A DNA stretch of 61,612 nucleotides from NCBI GenBank assembly GCA_017853785.1, contig JAFMIX010000001.1:1-61612 (forward strand). The letters run 5' to 3'. This document shows positions 21,252 to 32,099 of the stretch, piece by piece. Source of the DNA: Verrucomicrobiales bacterium (lineage in GTDB: Bacteria; Verrucomicrobiota; Verrucomicrobiia; Limisphaerales; JAFMIX01). Both the position numbers and the translations under genes were made by a program. Below the pieces are notes generated by a model, which had not been told where the DNA came from, made no database searches, and saw only the letters and a list, made by a program, of their open reading frames with translations. Within the stretch, counting starts at the first letter, position 1; each line of letters starts with the position of its first letter.

Positions 21252-21490
21252 CGCGCGGCGGAAATGGTGGGTTCTGTTTTGTGAGAAATTCTGCTTGAAA
21301 CCAACGCAGGCTGGCGTCAATGTCTCGCCAATCCAAGCAGTCGCAGTATTTTTATCAAGCCGACCATTGCCAATCAGATTTCCCCGCCCTCGAAGTAACT
21401 CAAGAGCTTTTTCAGCCAGCGTTCACCCCATCGACCGAAGTTGTTTCAAGTTCTCTCCACGCAACCACCACCAGCTGTGAACCTCATCGC

Positions 21491-21859
21491 ATGAAAACCG
21501 TCGCCGTCATCGGAGCCTCGAACGACCCCAGCAAGTTTGGCAACAAAGCCGTCCGCGCCTACCAACAGGAGGGCTACACCGTGTATCCCGTCAATCACAA
21601 GGAGACGCAGATCGAGGGTTTGCCGTGTTACCCGACCATCCGGGCCGTGCCGACGCGGCCGGATGTCGTAAGTGTCTATCTGCCGCCCATCGCGGTCTAC
21701 AAGGCGCTGCACGACATTGCCGCCAAAGGTTGTGACGAACTGTGGCTGAATCCCGGAACAGAATCCGACGAAGTGTTGGAGGAAGCCGAGCGGCTCGGCT
21801 TGAACGTGATCCAAGCGTGCAGCATCGTTGGTCTGGGCATATCGCCCAGCGAACTTTGA
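21491..21859 (+). CDS. CoA-binding domain protein (YccU/YneT-like)
   Basis: From ATG 21491: MKTVAVIGASNDPSKFGNKAVRAYQQEGYTVYPVNHKETQIEGLPCYPTI...DVVSVYLPP...LWLNPGTES, the CoA_binding_2 pattern. 122 aa. Confidence 0.85.
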   Translation: MKTVAVIGASNDPSKFGNKAVRAYQQEGYTVYPVNHKETQIEGLPCYPTIRAVPTRPDVVSVYLPPIAVYKALHDIAAKGCDELWLNPGTESDEVLEEAERLGLNVIQACSIVGLGISPSEL

Positions 21860-21873
21860 CCAATCGTAAAACC

Positions 21874-21908
21874 AAAAAGCCGGGGCGATTTGCCCCGGCT
21901 TTTTGTTT
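21874..21908. terminator. bidirectional rho-independent terminator between convergent genes
   Basis: aaaaAGCCGGGGcgatttGCCCCGGCTttttgttt. An 8-9 bp GC stem flanked by an A-tract and a T-tract, between the CoA-binding gene stop (21859) and the sdhB stop (21921). Confidence 0.85.
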
Positions 21909-21920
21909 CTTCAAATCAGC

Positions 21921-22697
<777 letters not shown>

Positions 22698-22716
22698 GCT
22701 TTGAAAAGGGTTGGCG

Positions 22717-24678
22717 TTACTTGTAGGAGCGGGTGCTCATGTGGACCTCTTCATAAATGAGCGGCTCCTTGTTCAAGACCGGCGCTTTATCCGGCGCGCC
22801 GGCGTATTCCCAGCCGGCGACATACGCGAACGCATCGTCGCGGCGTTTCACGTCGCCGGGGTTCACGAGGCCCTGCTTGGTTTCGGGATCGTCGGGCGTG
22901 TATTGGTATTCCTCGCGGAAATGGCCGCCGCAGCTTTCCTCGCGGTGCAACGCGTCACGGCACATGAGTTCGCCGAGTTCGATGAAGTCGGCCACGCGTC
23001 CGGCGTTTTCGAGCTGCTGATTCCATTCGCCTGCTTCGCCAAGGACGTTGACGTTCTTCCAGTATTCCTCGCGCAATTCGCTGATGAGCTTGATACCTTT
23101 TTCCAGGCCGGCCTTGTTGCGCGCCATGCCGCAATAATCCCACATGAGCTTGCCCAGTTCCTTGTGGAAGCTCGCGGGCGTGCGCTTGCCTTTGTTGCCG
23201 AGAAGTTTCTTCGTGAGTGTCTGAACATTTTCTTCCGCCTGCTTGAACGCGGGGTTGTCGATGTTCGGACGCTTGTCCGGCTTCTGCGTCGCGAGATAAC
23301 CGCTGATGGTCGCGGGCAGAACGAAATAGCCGTCGCTCAAGCCCTGCATCAGCGCGCTCGCACCGAGACGGTTCGCGCCGTGATCGGAGAAATTTGCCTC
23401 GCCGAGCACGAACAGGCCCGGCACGTTGCTCATCAGGTTGTAATCCACCCACAGACCGCCCATCGTGTAGTGGACGGCGGGATAGATGCGCATCGGCGTC
23501 TTGTAGGCGTCCTCGTTCGTGATCTCGTGATACATCGCGAACAGGTTGCCGTAACGCTCGCGGACTTTGTTTTCGCCCAGGCGCTTAATGGCGTCGGAAA
23601 AATCCAGATAGACACCGAGGCCGGTCTCGCCGATTCCGCGGCCTTCGTCGCAAACGGTCTTCGCCGCGCGGCTCGCGATGTCCCGGGGCGCGAGGTTGCC
23701 GAACGCGGAATACATCCGTTCCAGATAATAATCACGGTCGGCTTCGGGGATGTCGGCGGGATTCTTTTTGCAATCTTCCTTCTTTTTCGGCGTCCACACG
23801 CGGCCGTCGTTGCGGAGCGACTCACTCATCAACGTCAGCTTCGACTGGTAATCGCCGCTGACCGGGATGCACGTCGGATGGATCTGCGTATAACAAGGAT
23901 TGCCGAAGCACGCGCCGCGCTTGTAGGCGCGCCAGCTTGCGGTGACATTCGAGCCGCGCGCGTAGGTGGAGAGGTTGTAAACGTTCCCGTAGCCGCCGGT
24001 CGCGAGCACCACGGCATCAGCGTTGTGTTTGGTAATGTCGCCGGTCTGGAGGTTGCGGACGATGATGCCCTTGGCGTGGCCGTCCACGACGACGAGGTCG
24101 AGCATCTCGGAGTGCGTGTAAGATTTCACCGCGCCTTGGCCGATCATCTTGTTCAGCGCCGAATACGCGCCGAGCAACAGCTGTTGTCCTGTCTGGCCGC
24201 GCGCGTAGAACGTGCGCGAAACCTGCGCGCCGCCGAAGGAGCGGTTGTCGAGCAGGCCGCCGTATTCGCGGGCGAACGGCACACCCTGCGCCGCGCATTG
24301 GTCAATGATGTTGACCGACACTTCCGCGAGGCGATGGACGTTGGCTTCACGAGCGCGGAAGTCACCGCCCTTGATCGTGTCGTAGAACAGGCGGCGCACG
24401 GAGTCGCCGTCGTTCTGGTAGTTCTTCGCGGCGTTGATGCCGCCCTGCGCGGCGACCGAGTGCGCGCGGCGCGGCGAATCGTGGAACACGAAGTTGTGCA
24501 CTTCGTAGCCGAGTTCCGCGAGCGTGGCGCTCGCGCTTGCGCCTGCCAGACCCGCGCCCACGACGATAATCTTGTATTTCCGCTTGTTCGCCGGGTTGAT
24601 GAGCTTGGTGTTGAACTTGTAGCTCTCCCACTTTTGCGAAAGCGGGCCGGACGGGATGTTGGAATTCAGCGTGGTCAT
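22717..24678 (-). CDS. sdhA: succinate dehydrogenase/fumarate reductase flavoprotein subunit
   Basis: From ATG at 24678: [11 protein letters not shown]...[23 protein letters not shown]...[15 protein letters not shown]...; FAD-binding and capping-domain motifs, HPTCIP. The ATG overlaps the sdhC stop (ATGA). Confidence 0.95.
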   Translation of the reverse strand: MTTLNSNIPSGPLSQKWESYKFNTKLINPANKRKYKIIVVGAGLAGASASATLAELGYEVHNFVFHDSPRRAHSVAAQGGINAAKNYQNDGDSVRRLFYDTIKGGDFRAREANVHRLAEVSVNIIDQCAAQGVPFAREYGGLLDNRSFGGAQVSRTFYARGQTGQQLLLGAYSALNKMIGQGAVKSYTHSEMLDLVVVDGHAKGIIVRNLQTGDITKHNADAVVLATGGYGNVYNLSTYARGSNVTASWRAYKRGACFGNPCYTQIHPTCIPVSGDYQSKLTLMSESLRNDGRVWTPKKKEDCKKNPADIPEADRDYYLERMYSAFGNLAPRDIASRAAKTVCDEGRGIGETGLGVYLDFSDAIKRLGENKVRERYGNLFAMYHEITNEDAYKTPMRIYPAVHYTMGGLWVDYNLMSNVPGLFVLGEANFSDHGANRLGASALMQGLSDGYFVLPATISGYLATQKPDKRPNIDNPAFKQAEENVQTLTKKLLGNKGKRTPASFHKELGKLMWDYCGMARNKAGLEKGIKLISELREEYWKNVNVLGEAGEWNQQLENAGRVADFIELGELMCRDALHREESCGGHFREEYQYTPDDPETKQGLVNPGDVKRRDDAFAYVAGWEYAGAPDKAPVLNKEPLIYEEVHMSTRSYK

Positions 24679-25382
24679 GGGCAGCAGCCTCCGCATTTGG
24701 TGAGCAGCACCGCGACGGGAATCGCGATGTAACCCAGGAATAGCACGATGGCGATGAGCTTCGCGGCGCGGTCGAGATACGGGCCGTAGTTATGGTTCTT
24801 CAGGCCGAGCGACTGAAACATCGCGCTCACGCCGTGGCTCAAGTGCAGGCACAGCAGCCCGACGGCCAGAATGTAAAACCCTGAAACCAGCGGCTGGCTG
24901 AAACCTAAAACCATCATCTCGTAGATGTCGTGCCGCGTCGAATCGCCCGTCAGCGTTTCGGTCATCGTATTGAAATCTTTGCCCGTCAGATTCACCGCCG
25001 GGACTTTCACCGTGTAGTGCAGCAGGTGAAAAATGATGAAGGCCATGATAATCAACCCGCTCATGACCATGGTGCGCGAGGCGTAGCTGGCGGAGTTGGG
25101 TTTCCAGTTGGCGTATTGAACCGGTCGCGCCGCCCGGTTCGCCCGCGCGAGCGCGCTGGCGCTCCAGACGTGCAGCGCGACCATCACGAGCAGGCCGATG
25201 CGCGCGGTCCACAGCAGTTCCACGTTGGACTGGAGGAAGTGGCCGTAACGGTTGAGGGCTTCCGCGCCCAGGAAAAATTGCAAATTGCCGACCATGTGCC
25301 CGACGACGAAGAGGAACAACGCCGCGCCCGTGACGGCCATCACGAATTTTTTGCCGACTGTGGAGGTGAACAAACGTGTCAT
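24675..25382 (-). CDS. sdhC: succinate dehydrogenase cytochrome b558 subunit (single 5-TM anchor, Bacillus type)
   Basis: [39 protein letters not shown]...; 235 aa with conserved His in the TM helices. First gene of sdhCAB. Confidence 0.88.
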   Translation of the reverse strand: MTRLFTSTVGKKFVMAVTGAALFLFVVGHMVGNLQFFLGAEALNRYGHFLQSNVELLWTARIGLLVMVALHVWSASALARANRAARPVQYANWKPNSASYASRTMVMSGLIIMAFIIFHLLHYTVKVPAVNLTGKDFNTMTETLTGDSTRHDIYEMMVLGFSQPLVSGFYILAVGLLCLHLSHGVSAMFQSLGLKNHNYGPYLDRAAKLIAIVLFLGYIAIPVAVLLTKCGGCCP

Positions 25383-25508
25383 TGGTTTCAGCAGGTCGGC
25401 AACCGGCCAGACCTTGTCAGATTAGGCGGGGAAACTAATGATTGCCCGGCTGCAAGGCAACCCTGCGGGACAACTAGCAGGAATGATGATTTGCTGTTTG
25501 TCCCGCGC

Positions 25509-26798
25509 TTATCGCGCACCGCCCGCCGCGCCGCCGCGCCACTCGTTCAATCGGCGTTCATCGCCCGCGCCGGCATACGCCGGGTCGAGCCGCGCCAGCG
25601 CCTCGCCGATCAGATACAGTGAGCCGGCGATGACCACAAACTCGTCCCGCGCCGACTGCGCCAGTGCGGCTGACAGCGAGGTGCAGCAACCGACTTCAGC
25701 CCGCGGATTCGCGGTGCGACATGCGGTTGCGAGTTGCTCCGGGTTGGCGGTCCGCTCGCTGCCGACCGGCACGACCAATACCCGTGATGTCAGCGGTGCG
25801 AGAATTTCGCACATCGCCCGCCAATCTTTGTCGGCCAACATCCCGAGGACGAGCGTCGGCGCACTGGGCAAACTGGAGCTTGAGCGCCACCGCGCCAGTT
25901 CCGCGCCCAGCACCGCGGCGCCCGCAATGTTGTGCGCTCCATCGAGCAGGAACTTTTGCGCGCCGCGTTCAAGAAGTTGCAGGCGTCCGGGCCAACGGAC
26001 CGTCGCGAGGGCTTCGCGGATTTGCGCGGCCGTTACGGGAATCTGCGGTTGCAAGACTTCCACGGTGGCGAGGGCGAGGGCGGCGTTGGCGATTTGGTGT
26101 TCGCCCCGCAGCGACAACTCGGAATTTTGGGTTATAGATTTTGGATTTTGGATTTGGGTCAGCGGCGACTGGTTCTCTCGCGCCACCCGCTCGATCACTG
26201 CTAGCACCTCCGGCTGCGCCGCCGCCGTGATCGTGGGCACACCGGGTTTGATGATGCCGGCCTTTTCGGCAGAGATTTTCGCGAGCGTGTCGCCTAGCCA
26301 TTGTTGGTGGTCGAAGGCGATGTTGGTGATGACGCTGGCGAGGGGTGTCACGATGTTGGTGGCGTCGAGCTGTCCGCCGAGGCCGGTTTCCCAGATGACG
26401 AGGTCGCACTGCTGCTCCGCAAAATGTTTCAACGCCAGCACAGTGACGAACTCAAAGAATGTCGGCTGCAAGCCCGCATCGGGAGATGGCCGTATTTCCG
26501 CCACCAACCGGGCGACTTCGGTTTCCGAAATCAGTTGGCGGTTGACCTGGATGCGTTCGCGGAATGAGACCAGATGTGGCGAGGTGAAGAGGCCCACGCG
26601 CAGCCCGGCCGCGCGGTAGATGCTTTCCAGCATGGCGCAGGTCGAGCCTTTGCCGTTCGTGCCGGCGACGTGGATGAAGCGCAGTCGGTTCTGCGGGTTG
26701 CCCGCCAGTGCCGCCAGCCGGCGCGGGGTCTCCAGGCTGAAGTTCGCGCCAAAGATTTGCAGGCCGTTTAGGAACTGGATGGCTTCGGCGTAGGTCAC
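25509..26798 (-). CDS. folC: bifunctional folylpolyglutamate synthase/dihydrofolate synthase
   Basis: MTYAEAIQFLNGL...FIHVAGTNGKGSTCAMLESIY...GLFTSPHLVSFRERI...; the Mur-ligase family P-loop and FolC layout. Confidence 0.92.
   Translation of the reverse strand: MTYAEAIQFLNGLQIFGANFSLETPRRLAALAGNPQNRLRFIHVAGTNGKGSTCAMLESIYRAAGLRVGLFTSPHLVSFRERIQVNRQLISETEVARLVAEIRPSPDAGLQPTFFEFVTVLALKHFAEQQCDLVIWETGLGGQLDATNIVTPLASVITNIAFDHQQWLGDTLAKISAEKAGIIKPGVPTITAAAQPEVLAVIERVARENQSPLTQIQNPKSITQNSELSLRGEHQIANAALALATVEVLQPQIPVTAAQIREALATVRWPGRLQLLERGAQKFLLDGAHNIAGAAVLGAELARWRSSSSLPSAPTLVLGMLADKDWRAMCEILAPLTSRVLVVPVGSERTANPEQLATACRTANPRAEVGCCTSLSAALAQSARDEFVVIAGSLYLIGEALARLDPAYAGAGDERRLNEWRGGAAGGAR
26131..26170. 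repeat. A/T-rich patch with a 3 x 7-bp tandem repeat inside the folC coding sequence
   Basis: ggaattttgggttatagattttggattttggatttgggtc. Units are gattttg (26147-26153), gattttg (26154-26160) and gatttgg (26161-26167). Encodes ...TQIQNPKSITQNSE... in FolC. Confidence 0.8.
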
Positions 26799-26811
26799 GG
26801 CTTGCGCCGCA

Positions 26812-28425
26812 TCACAGCGGCTTGTGATGCGTGTGGATGTGCGCGGCGGCGATGAAGCCTTTGAAGAGCGGATGCGGCTGGTGCGGTTTGCCCAGGAATT
26901 CCGGGTGGAACTGACTGGCGATGTAGAACGGATGGTGCTTCAGCTCGATGATCTCCACAAGCTTGCCATCGGGCGAAGTGCCGCTGAAGACGAAGCCGGA
27001 CTTCTCGAATTTATCGCGGTAGGCGTTGTTGAATTCGTAGCGGTGGCGGTGGCGTTCGTTGATGACGAACGAGCCATAAAGTTCCGCCGCCTTCGTGCCG
27101 AGCGTGAGCTGGCAGGGCTGCGCGCCGAGGCGCATGGTGCCGCCTTTTTTGGTGACCTTACGCTGCGCGTCGAGGAGCGCGATGACGGGATGGGGTGTGT
27201 CCGGGTTGAATTCGGTGGAATGCGCCTTGTCGAGCTTGAGCACATTGCGGGCGTATTCGATGGTGGCAATCTGCATGCCCAGGCAGAGGCCGAGGTAGGG
27301 CAGATTGTTTTCGCGGGCGTATTTTGCGGCCAGGATTTTACCTTCAATGCCGCGTTCGCCAAAGCCGCCGGGGACGCAGATGCCGCCGAGGCCGTGCAGC
27401 ATCTTCTCCGCGCCGAACTTTTCGATCTCTTCGGCATCCACCTGGACCAGTTCCACGCCGCAATCGTTGCCGATGCCTCCGTGGATGAGCGATTCGTAGA
27501 CGGACTTGTAGGCGTCCTGCAGGCCGATGTATTTGCCGACGACGCCCACGCGCACGCGGTGTTGCGGCGCGATGAGCTTGCGGATGATTTCCTGCCAGTG
27601 CGTCATGTTCGGCGCGGGCGTGGTGAGGTGCAGGATGCGGCAAACCAAGTCATCCATGCGCTCGCGCTGGAGCATGAGCGGCATCTCGTAGATGCTGTGG
27701 TCAACGTCCTTCGCCTCGATGACGGCCTCGACGGGCACGTTGCAGAACATGGAAATCTTCTGGCGCAACTCCTTGTCCAGCGGCTTCTCGCAGCGGCACG
27801 CGATGATGTTGGGCGCGAGGCCGATTTCGCGCAGCTTGGCGACGCTCTGCTGCGTGGGCTTGGTCTTGAGTTCGCCCGCCGCCTTGATGAACGGCACGTA
27901 GGTGACGTGGATGAAACAGGTGTTGCCCACGCCGGCCTCCAGCGCAAATTCGCGGATGGCCTCGACGAACGGCAAGCCTTCGATGTCGCCGGTCGTGCCG
28001 CCGATTTCGGTGATGATGATGTCGGCCTTGCTGGTCTCGGCGAGCAGTTGGATGCGGCGCTTGATCTCGTCGGTGACGTGCGGGATGACCTGCACGGTCT
28101 TGCCGAGATATTTGCCCTCGCGCTCGTTGTTCAGTACGGTCTGATAAACCTGGCCGCTGGTCAGGTTGTTCATGCGCGAGAGCTTCACGTTCGTGAACCG
28201 CTCATAATGGCCGAGGTCGAGGTCGGTCTCCGCGCCGTCATCGAGCACGTAGACTTCGCCGTGCTGGTAGGGCGACATCGTGCCGGGATCGACGTTGAGG
28301 TAGGGGTCGAACTTCTGCAGCGTGACCTTGAGGCCGCGGTTCTCGAGCAGCGTGCCGAGCGCGGCGGCGGTCAGGCCCTTGCCGAGTGAGCTCACCACAC
28401 CGCCTGTGACAAATATGTATTTCAT
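26812..28425 (-). CDS. pyrG: CTP synthase
   Basis: [24 protein letters not shown]...[21 protein letters not shown]..., with a GATase domain GLCLGMQ...HRHRYE; the canonical PyrG. Confidence 0.97.
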   Translation of the reverse strand: MKYIFVTGGVVSSLGKGLTAAALGTLLENRGLKVTLQKFDPYLNVDPGTMSPYQHGEVYVLDDGAETDLDLGHYERFTNVKLSRMNNLTSGQVYQTVLNNEREGKYLGKTVQVIPHVTDEIKRRIQLLAETSKADIIITEIGGTTGDIEGLPFVEAIREFALEAGVGNTCFIHVTYVPFIKAAGELKTKPTQQSVAKLREIGLAPNIIACRCEKPLDKELRQKISMFCNVPVEAVIEAKDVDHSIYEMPLMLQRERMDDLVCRILHLTTPAPNMTHWQEIIRKLIAPQHRVRVGVVGKYIGLQDAYKSVYESLIHGGIGNDCGVELVQVDAEEIEKFGAEKMLHGLGGICVPGGFGERGIEGKILAAKYARENNLPYLGLCLGMQIATIEYARNVLKLDKAHSTEFNPDTPHPVIALLDAQRKVTKKGGTMRLGAQPCQLTLGTKAAELYGSFVINERHRHRYEFNNAYRDKFEKSGFVFSGTSPDGKLVEIIELKHHPFYIASQFHPEFLGKPHQPHPLFKGFIAAAHIHTHHKPL

Positions 28426-28433
28426 TTTATTTC

Positions 28434-28520
28434 AACCACGAATTAACACGAATAGACACGAATCAATTTCCACGAACTACGCCGCTGGTAATTCGTGTGC
28501 ATTAGTGTCCACTCGTGGTT
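28434..28520. repeat. long imperfect inverted repeat (family B hairpin) spanning the kdsB stop codon and the kdsB-pyrG spacer
   Basis: Left arm aaccacgaattaacacgaatagacacgaat (28434-28463). Right arm attcgtgtgcattagtgtccactcgtggtt (28491-28520). About 24/30 positions are complementary. The right arm encodes the last 5 codons (TTSGH) and the TAA stop of kdsB. Confidence 0.7.
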
Positions 28521-29260
28521 TTCAAAATTGCTTCCACTCGCCGTACATCCTCCGGCACGTCCACGCCGATGCTGTCGTAATTCACTTTCACGACGGCGAT
28601 GTGGATGCTGTTTTCCAGTGCGCGCAACTGCTCCAGCTTCTCCGCGTTTTCCAGTGGCGACACCGGGAACTTCACCAGCCGCAGCAGCGTTTCGCGGCGG
28701 TAACCGTAGATGCCGAGGTGTTTCAAAAAAGGAAACGCCGCCAACTGCTCGTTTCCCGGACGGCTGGCGGCCTCACGCAGATACGGAATCGTGCGCCGGG
28801 AAAAATATAAGGCGCGACCGGCGGCGTTGACAACGACTTTTACGACGTTCGGGTTGTCCAGCTCGGAAAGGTGCGTGATCGGCGTGGCGGCGGTGGACAT
28901 TTCACAGCCTGCGAGTGCGGCGGCGACGGCGTCAATCACCGCCGGGTCGATCAGCGGCTCGTCGCCCTGGATGTTCACAATGGCATCGCCGGCGCACCGG
29001 GCGGCGACCTCGGCGATGCGGTCGCTGCCGCTGGGGTGGTCGGGGAGGGTCATCTCCGCGCGGCAAAAATTCTGCGCCAATTCCCAGATGCGCGTGTCGT
29101 CAGTGGCGACGATGACTTCGCTCAAGGATTTGGCTTTCTGACATTGTTCGACGACGTGTTGGAGAAGCGGCTTGCCGGCGATGCGGGCGAGCGGTTTGCC
29201 GGGGAAGCGGGTGGAGGCGTAGCGCGCCGGGATGACGCCGATGATTTTCACGGCGGACAT
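28502..29260 (-). CDS. kdsB: 3-deoxy-manno-octulosonate cytidylyltransferase (CMP-Kdo synthetase)
   Basis: IIGVIPARYASTRFPGKPLARIAGKPLLQHV...VATDD...NIQGDEPLI; the canonical KdsB. Confidence 0.93.
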   Translation of the reverse strand: MSAVKIIGVIPARYASTRFPGKPLARIAGKPLLQHVVEQCQKAKSLSEVIVATDDTRIWELAQNFCRAEMTLPDHPSGSDRIAEVAARCAGDAIVNIQGDEPLIDPAVIDAVAAALAGCEMSTAATPITHLSELDNPNVVKVVVNAAGRALYFSRRTIPYLREAASRPGNEQLAAFPFLKHLGIYGYRRETLLRLVKFPVSPLENAEKLEQLRALENSIHIAVVKVNYDSIGVDVPEDVRRVEAILKTTSGH

Positions 29261-29352
29261 TTAGCCACAGCCGGCGGCGCGGAAGCAAGCCGCGAAGGAC
29301 TGGCCGCGGCTCGCCGATTGCCAAGCGTGGAGGTTGCCGATAGTTTCAGGGC

Positions 29353-30492
29353 ATGGTTGCCTCCCGGCCCACCGCATTTGAATGGCTCTGCACCGGCCAG
29401 GAAATTTTTCCCGCGATGCTCGCCGCGATCGGCGCGGCGCGGGAATCCGTGCGGCTGGAAACCTACATCTACACCGACGGCGAACTGGGGCGGCAATTCC
29501 GGGACGCCTTGCGGGCGGCGCAACAGCGCGGAGTGCGGGTGCGCGTGCTGGTGGATGCGTTCGGTTCCTGGCTGCTGCCGGATGATTTTTTTGCGCCGTT
29601 GGCGGCGGCGGGAGCGGAAGTGAAGTTTTTCAATCCGCTCCGCCTCTGGCGCTTTGGCGTGCGGGACCATCGCAAACTGCTGGTGTGCGACGACCAGGAG
29701 GCGTTCGTGGGCGGCTTCAATCTCGCGGATGAATACGTCGGCGACGGCGTCGCGCGTGGTTGGTGCGACATCGGCGGGCGGGTGACGGGCGCGGCGGTGG
29801 CGCGGCTCACGGCGTCGTTCGAAGAGCTCTTCGCGCTGGCGGATTTTGAGCGGCAGCCGCTGCGGCGGTTGCGGGCGTTCAAGGCGCGCCGACCGCCGAC
29901 TGACGCCCCGGGCGATGAATTGTTATCGAGCCGGCCGGGGCGGGGGCCGAGTCCGATCCAGGCGGCGTTGCACCGCGATCTGGCGCCGGCGCGGGACGTG
30001 TTGATCGTTTCGGCGTATTTCCTGCCCCCGCGTCGGCTGCGGCGGGAATTGGGGCGCGTGGTGAAACGCGGCGGGCGCGTGCGGCTGATCCTGGCGGGGC
30101 ATTCTGACGTGCGGGTTTCGCAACTGGCCGGGCGTAATCTCTACCGCCGTCTGCTGCGCGCGGGGGTGGAGATCTACGAGTATCAGCCGCAGGTGTTGCA
30201 CGCGAAACTGTTCATCTGCGACGATGCTGTATACGTCGGCTCGGCCAACTTGGATGTGCGCAGCCTCCGGTTGAACTACGAGTTCATGCTCCGGTTCGAC
30301 GTGGTGGGCGTGGCGACCACTGCGCGGTTGGTCGGGGAGCGACTGTTGACCCATTCCCGGCGGATCGAGCCGGTGGCGTGGCGGGAATCCCAAACTCCCT
30401 GGCAGCGCTGGCAGCAACGTTGGGCGCATTTTCTCGTGGCGCGGGTGGATCCGTGGGTGGCGCTGCGGCAGTTTCGCGGTGGAATGACGTGA
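29353..30492 (+). CDS. phospholipase D-family protein (cardiolipin synthase ClsB-like)
   Basis: Two HKD motifs: HRKLLVCDDQEAFVGGFNLADEY and HAKLFICDDAVYVGSANLDVRS. 379 aa with no N-terminal TM helices, as in ClsB-type enzymes. Confidence 0.85.
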   Translation: MVASRPTAFEWLCTGQEIFPAMLAAIGAARESVRLETYIYTDGELGRQFRDALRAAQQRGVRVRVLVDAFGSWLLPDDFFAPLAAAGAEVKFFNPLRLWRFGVRDHRKLLVCDDQEAFVGGFNLADEYVGDGVARGWCDIGGRVTGAAVARLTASFEELFALADFERQPLRRLRAFKARRPPTDAPGDELLSSRPGRGPSPIQAALHRDLAPARDVLIVSAYFLPPRRLRRELGRVVKRGGRVRLILAGHSDVRVSQLAGRNLYRRLLRAGVEIYEYQPQVLHAKLFICDDAVYVGSANLDVRSLRLNYEFMLRFDVVGVATTARLVGERLLTHSRRIEPVAWRESQTPWQRWQQRWAHFLVARVDPWVALRQFRGGMT

Positions 30493-30527
30493 ACCGTCCG
30501 CCGCCAAAATTCCCTCGCCCTGGCGCC

Positions 30528-30561
30528 GGGGAATTGCTGCACTTTTCCTCTGGCAATTCCC
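30528..30561. repeat. 9-10 bp perfect inverted repeat between the cls-like gene and the OPA-family transporter gene
   Basis: ggggaattgc (30528-30537), a 15-nt spacer, then gcaattccc (30553-30561), followed by tttg. A further aattccc copy lies at about 30508. Could be a weak terminator or an operator. Confidence 0.4.
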
Positions 30562-30629
30562 TTTGACCGCCGGGCGGCAGTCTGTTTAGCTCACGCGCAA
30601 ATCCTTGATGCTGAAAAACTAACCCGACC

Positions 30630-32072
30630 ATGAACCCCACCGCCGCCACTGATGCCGCCAGCCGTCACTATCCCCCGGGCTTCCGGGCACGGCGTGGATT
30701 GAACTGGGGTTCCTTGGGGCTCATGTATGCCTCCTATTACATGTGCCGCTACAACTTCCGGTTCGCCACCCCGGGGATGCAGGCGGAATTCGGTTTCTCC
30801 ACGACGCAAATCAGCGACATGTTGGCGATCTGGTCGCTGACCTACGGCACCGGCCAGCTCTTCAACGGCCTCCTTTCCGACCGCATCGGCGGCAAACGCT
30901 CGATGCAGATCGGCGCGCTCGGCACCATCGGCGTCAACCTGCTGATGGGCGTGGTGCCGTTGCTCGCGCTTGGCGGAGCTTTGGCCGCCGCGGGGAAATT
31001 TGTTTTCGGCACGGACAAGATGGACCCGGCGTTTCTCGCCATCTCGCTGGTCTGGCTGGTCAACGGGTGGTGCCAATCGTTTGGCGCGCCGGGCATGGTC
31101 AAGGTCAATGCCGCGTGGTTCCGGCGGCAGGAACGCGGCACGTTTGCCGGCATCTTCGGCTTCATGATCCAGCTCGGGCAGGTCGTCAGCTCGAAACTCT
31201 CGCCGCTGATCCTGAACGGCATCTCTATCGGCATCCTCGTCATCGCGCCGGGCCAATGGCGCTGGTTGTTCATCATCCCGCCGCTGATCACGCTGGGGGC
31301 GCTCATGTTCATGTCGTTCGCCGCCAAAGCCACGCCGGACGAGGCGGGTTTTCCCGGCGTCATCGAGGATGAATTGGACAATTCCGCCGGCGTCACCGTA
31401 TCGCTCAAAGAATCCTTCGTCACCATCTTCACCCATCCGTTGGTGTGGTTCTACGCGGCAGCCTACGCCTGCACCGGCGCAGTGCGGACGAGCTCGGACC
31501 AATTGGCGATCCTGTATTTTCAGGAACAGTTGGGCATGAACATGAAGACGAACATCCCCCCGACCGTCGCGTGGACGCTGGCCGCGATGCCCATGGCCGC
31601 CGTCGCCGGCTCGTTGGCCTCGGGTTGGATCTCGGACAAGTTTTTCAAGGGCCATCGCTCACCCGTCGCCATGACGCTCTATTTTTTTGAGGCTTGCGTC
31701 ATCAGCACCGCCGCGCTTCTCATCCTGCGCGGGCTGGTCAGCCCGACCGCCAGCGGCATCCTTGTCGGGTGCGGCATCCTCATCATGATTTCGCTGACGG
31801 CAAATTCTACGCACTCCATTGTCGGAGCCGCCGCGCCGATGGACATCGGCGGCAAAAAGATGGCGGGTTTCGCCGCCGGGGTGATTGATTCCTTCCAATA
31901 CTGTGGCGGCGCGATCTCACTCATCGTCACCGGGCGCGTGCTGGACGCCACCAAGGCCCAGCACGGCTGGCTCTTCTGGTATGTGATCATGGCCGGCTTC
32001 GGTGTCCTTGGCGGCTGCGCCATGCTGCTGGTGATGCGCAAGCAGAAGCGGCTGGCGCAAGAAAAATCTTAA
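30630..32072 (+). CDS. MFS transporter, organophosphate:Pi antiporter (OPA; GlpT/UhpC-like) family
   Basis: MYASYYMCRYNFRFATPGMQAEFGFSTTQISDMLAIWSLTYGTGQLFNGLLSDRIGGKRSM resembles the GlpT/UhpC N-terminal signature. 12-TM pattern, 480 aa. Confidence 0.8.
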   Translation: MNPTAATDAASRHYPPGFRARRGLNWGSLGLMYASYYMCRYNFRFATPGMQAEFGFSTTQISDMLAIWSLTYGTGQLFNGLLSDRIGGKRSMQIGALGTIGVNLLMGVVPLLALGGALAAAGKFVFGTDKMDPAFLAISLVWLVNGWCQSFGAPGMVKVNAAWFRRQERGTFAGIFGFMIQLGQVVSSKLSPLILNGISIGILVIAPGQWRWLFIIPPLITLGALMFMSFAAKATPDEAGFPGVIEDELDNSAGVTVSLKESFVTIFTHPLVWFYAAAYACTGAVRTSSDQLAILYFQEQLGMNMKTNIPPTVAWTLAAMPMAAVAGSLASGWISDKFFKGHRSPVAMTLYFFEACVISTAALLILRGLVSPTASGILVGCGILIMISLTANSTHSIVGAAAPMDIGGKKMAGFAAGVIDSFQYCGGAISLIVTGRVLDATKAQHGWLFWYVIMAGFGVLGGCAMLLVMRKQKRLAQEKS

Positions 32073-32099
32073 GTGCCTGGCGCGCCGTCCGCGCTCCGG

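Noticed and set aside
22711-24732. 673-aa plus-strand ORF.
   Set aside because: It is antisense to sdhA (FAD-binding flavoprotein motifs are present on the minus strand). It is a shadow ORF.
26824-28389. 521-aa plus-strand ORF.
   Set aside because: It is antisense to pyrG, one of the most confidently identified genes in the window.
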